A DNA stretch of 63,845 bases, the filler included, from Hyphochytrium catenoides (Eukaryota; Protista; Hyphochytriomycota), in assembly GCA_900088475.1 (NCBI GenBank). It is 8 parts of 8 records of this genome, joined end to end, with 100 filler letters (N's around TTAATTAATTAA, not from the genome) between each part and the next. Parts side by side here need not be neighbours in the genome. Positions count along the whole stretch, not along the records: positions 59,502 to 63,845 come from FLMG01000387.1; 7 more parts are not named here. One strand, written 5' to 3'. Made by a program: the position numbers and the translations under genes. Shown in pieces: positions 62,084 to 63,845 of this stretch (its first letter is position 1; the number at the start of each line of letters is the position of its first letter). The notes under the pieces are model-generated. The model was given only the letters and a program-made list of their open reading frames with translations, was not told the DNA's origin and did no database searches.

Positions 62084-62117
<34 letters not shown>

Positions 62118-62233
62118 TTTTCTCTCTGTCTCTTTCTCTCTCTCTCTCTCTCTCCCTCTCTCTCCCTCTCTTTCTCTTCTCTTCCTCTCTCTCTCTCTCT
62201 CTCTCTCTCTTCCTCTTTCTCTCTCTCTCTTTT

Positions 62234-62271
<38 letters not shown>

Positions 62272-62303
62272 NNNNNNNNNNNNNNNNNNNNNNNNNNNNN
62301 NNN

Positions 62304-62341
<38 letters not shown>

Positions 62342-62608
62342 TCTGTCCAGCTGCAGACGCAAAAGAATGTCACAATCCCGACCCTTATGCAGAATGTGGA
62401 CAGAATCACGTTATTCTATATAATCTTTGAGTACATTCAGTCATAAGCGCGGTATACCCTCAGCCTATCAGGAACTTAAGTACCTTATAGCCTTAGAGAA
62501 AAACTGGTTTTATAGATCAGAGAAGTGATTCAATATCTGTGATTACCAGTAATAGGTTTTTGTCGCAAAGCTGGAGAGAAGAAAGGGAGAAAGATCACTC
62601 CAAAATGT

Positions 62609-62663
<55 letters not shown>

Positions 62664-63083
62664 CGAGAGAGCGAGAGANNNNNNNNNNNNNNNNNNNNNN
62701 NAGGCGCCAAAGGGAACAGAGGACGAAAAGAAAACAGAAACTTCGTGAGCAAATAGGCTGTAGGAAGCCGGTAAAATCTTCAGAATCTCACCTGAAGACG
62801 CAATAACAGGAGATCTCTCTCTCTCTCTCTAAGAGAACAAGAAAGAGAAAGAGAGAAAGATTTATCTATTGCGCGCCTTTCTCTCTCTCCCTTCACACCC
62901 CGGTGAGACAGGTAATTTGATCAACCAGATAAGAGGAAGAAGACAAAGAGAAGGACACACAGAAAAGAGAGAGAAAGAAAGAAGAAGATCCTCTTCTGGC
63001 GGACCAGTTCCTGGTAACCTTTCTTTCGCCTTGGGGCTCAAACCCTAGGCAGTATCTATAGCTAAATAAACGGTGAGTAGAGA

Positions 63084-63125
<42 letters not shown>

Positions 63126-63308
63126 TAGATAGAGAAAGAAGGGAGAGTATAGGAGAGAGGAAGAGAGAGAGAGAGAGAGAAGGCTCCTCTCACTTTCGCC
63201 TCTTTATAATAGGCTTGATTCCGGAGGTGATGATCCCATCCAGAGACAAAAGAAGGGAGCTCTAAACTGAGAGATCGACCAAGACCATCACCGGGTACAA
63301 ACTCTTGT

Positions 63309-63344
<36 letters not shown>

Positions 63345-63845
63345 CTACTCTCCCTCGCTCTCCGCTTGCTCTGCCTCTCTCTCTTTGGTCTCTTCATCAT
63401 CATCCTCTGGGTGTCTCCCCCTCTCTCGCTGCTCCTCCTCTTCGTTCATCGACCACCGCACTATGTTTCCATCTCTCTCTCTCTCTCTCTTTTCTCTCTC
63501 TCTCACTCTTTCTCTTCTCTCTCTCTCTCTCTTTCTTTCTTTTTCTGTCCTCTCTTTACTCCTTCTTCCTTTCCCTTTCTTATCCCAAGCCACGATCTTC
63601 CCTCGTGTCCGCTGCATCCCTCCCTTTCTGCTGAATTCTCCTGACTCTCTCTCTCTTTCTCTTCTCTCTCTCCGTCTCTTCTGTTTGCAGACTTAGCAGA
63701 ACTGTTGTTTAATATTTTTTATAAGGGAGAGAGAAACCCGACTCCTTCTTCTCTCTCTTTTCTTCCCTTCATTCTCCTTCTTTTTTCTTTCTCTCTTTCC
63801 CTCTCTCTTTGGGCTTCTCTCTCTCTCTGAGAGGCCTAACATTAA

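Larger units (their letters stand above)
150..63830. repeat. Pervasive (GA)n/(TC)n microsatellite and polypurine/polypyrimidine tracts in introns and intergenic DNA
   Basis: Many runs of tens of bp, e.g. 9290-9330, 9700-9900, 31600-31680, 42320-42370, 60760-60812, 62090-62330. Many N gaps sit inside them. Confidence 0.97.

Noticed and set aside
61500-63420. Small candidate exons on both strands near the window end
   Set aside because: Frames are ambiguous and no recognisable product could be assembled.

Overview
This is eukaryotic (protist-like) genomic DNA, not prokaryotic. It is a concatenation of at least 8 separate scaffolds joined by artificial 100-bp linkers (44 N + TTAATTAATTAA + 44 N), so neighbours across linkers mean nothing biologically. 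Most scaffolds are saturated with (GA)n/(TC)n microsatellites, which produce the many spurious poly-RE/poly-SL ORFs in the track. Real genes are split by GT-AG introns and were stitched by hand. Supported genes: an EF-hand/IQ-motif protein, the probable N-terminal half of a MAPK kinase, a WRKY19-type CxxxGC..C..H zinc-finger protein, an intronless PRA1 gene, an MSS51-like gene, two tandem paralogous multi-pass membrane genes (one with a clear C-terminal RGS domain, i.e. 7TM-RGS-like), Pat1, an unknown multi-exon gene, a tail-anchored coiled-coil protein and Rab21. Gene-poor parts hold decayed Copia, Gypsy-like and DIRS-like remnants, a fold-back MITE and a ~35-bp higher-order tandem array. The best candidates for something new are the tandem receptor-RGS pair with a conserved Cys-containing ectodomain and the recurrent 5'-(AG)n ... 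(CT)n-3' complementary intron architecture. Neither is proven. All family assignments come from motif recognition by eye, without database searches.
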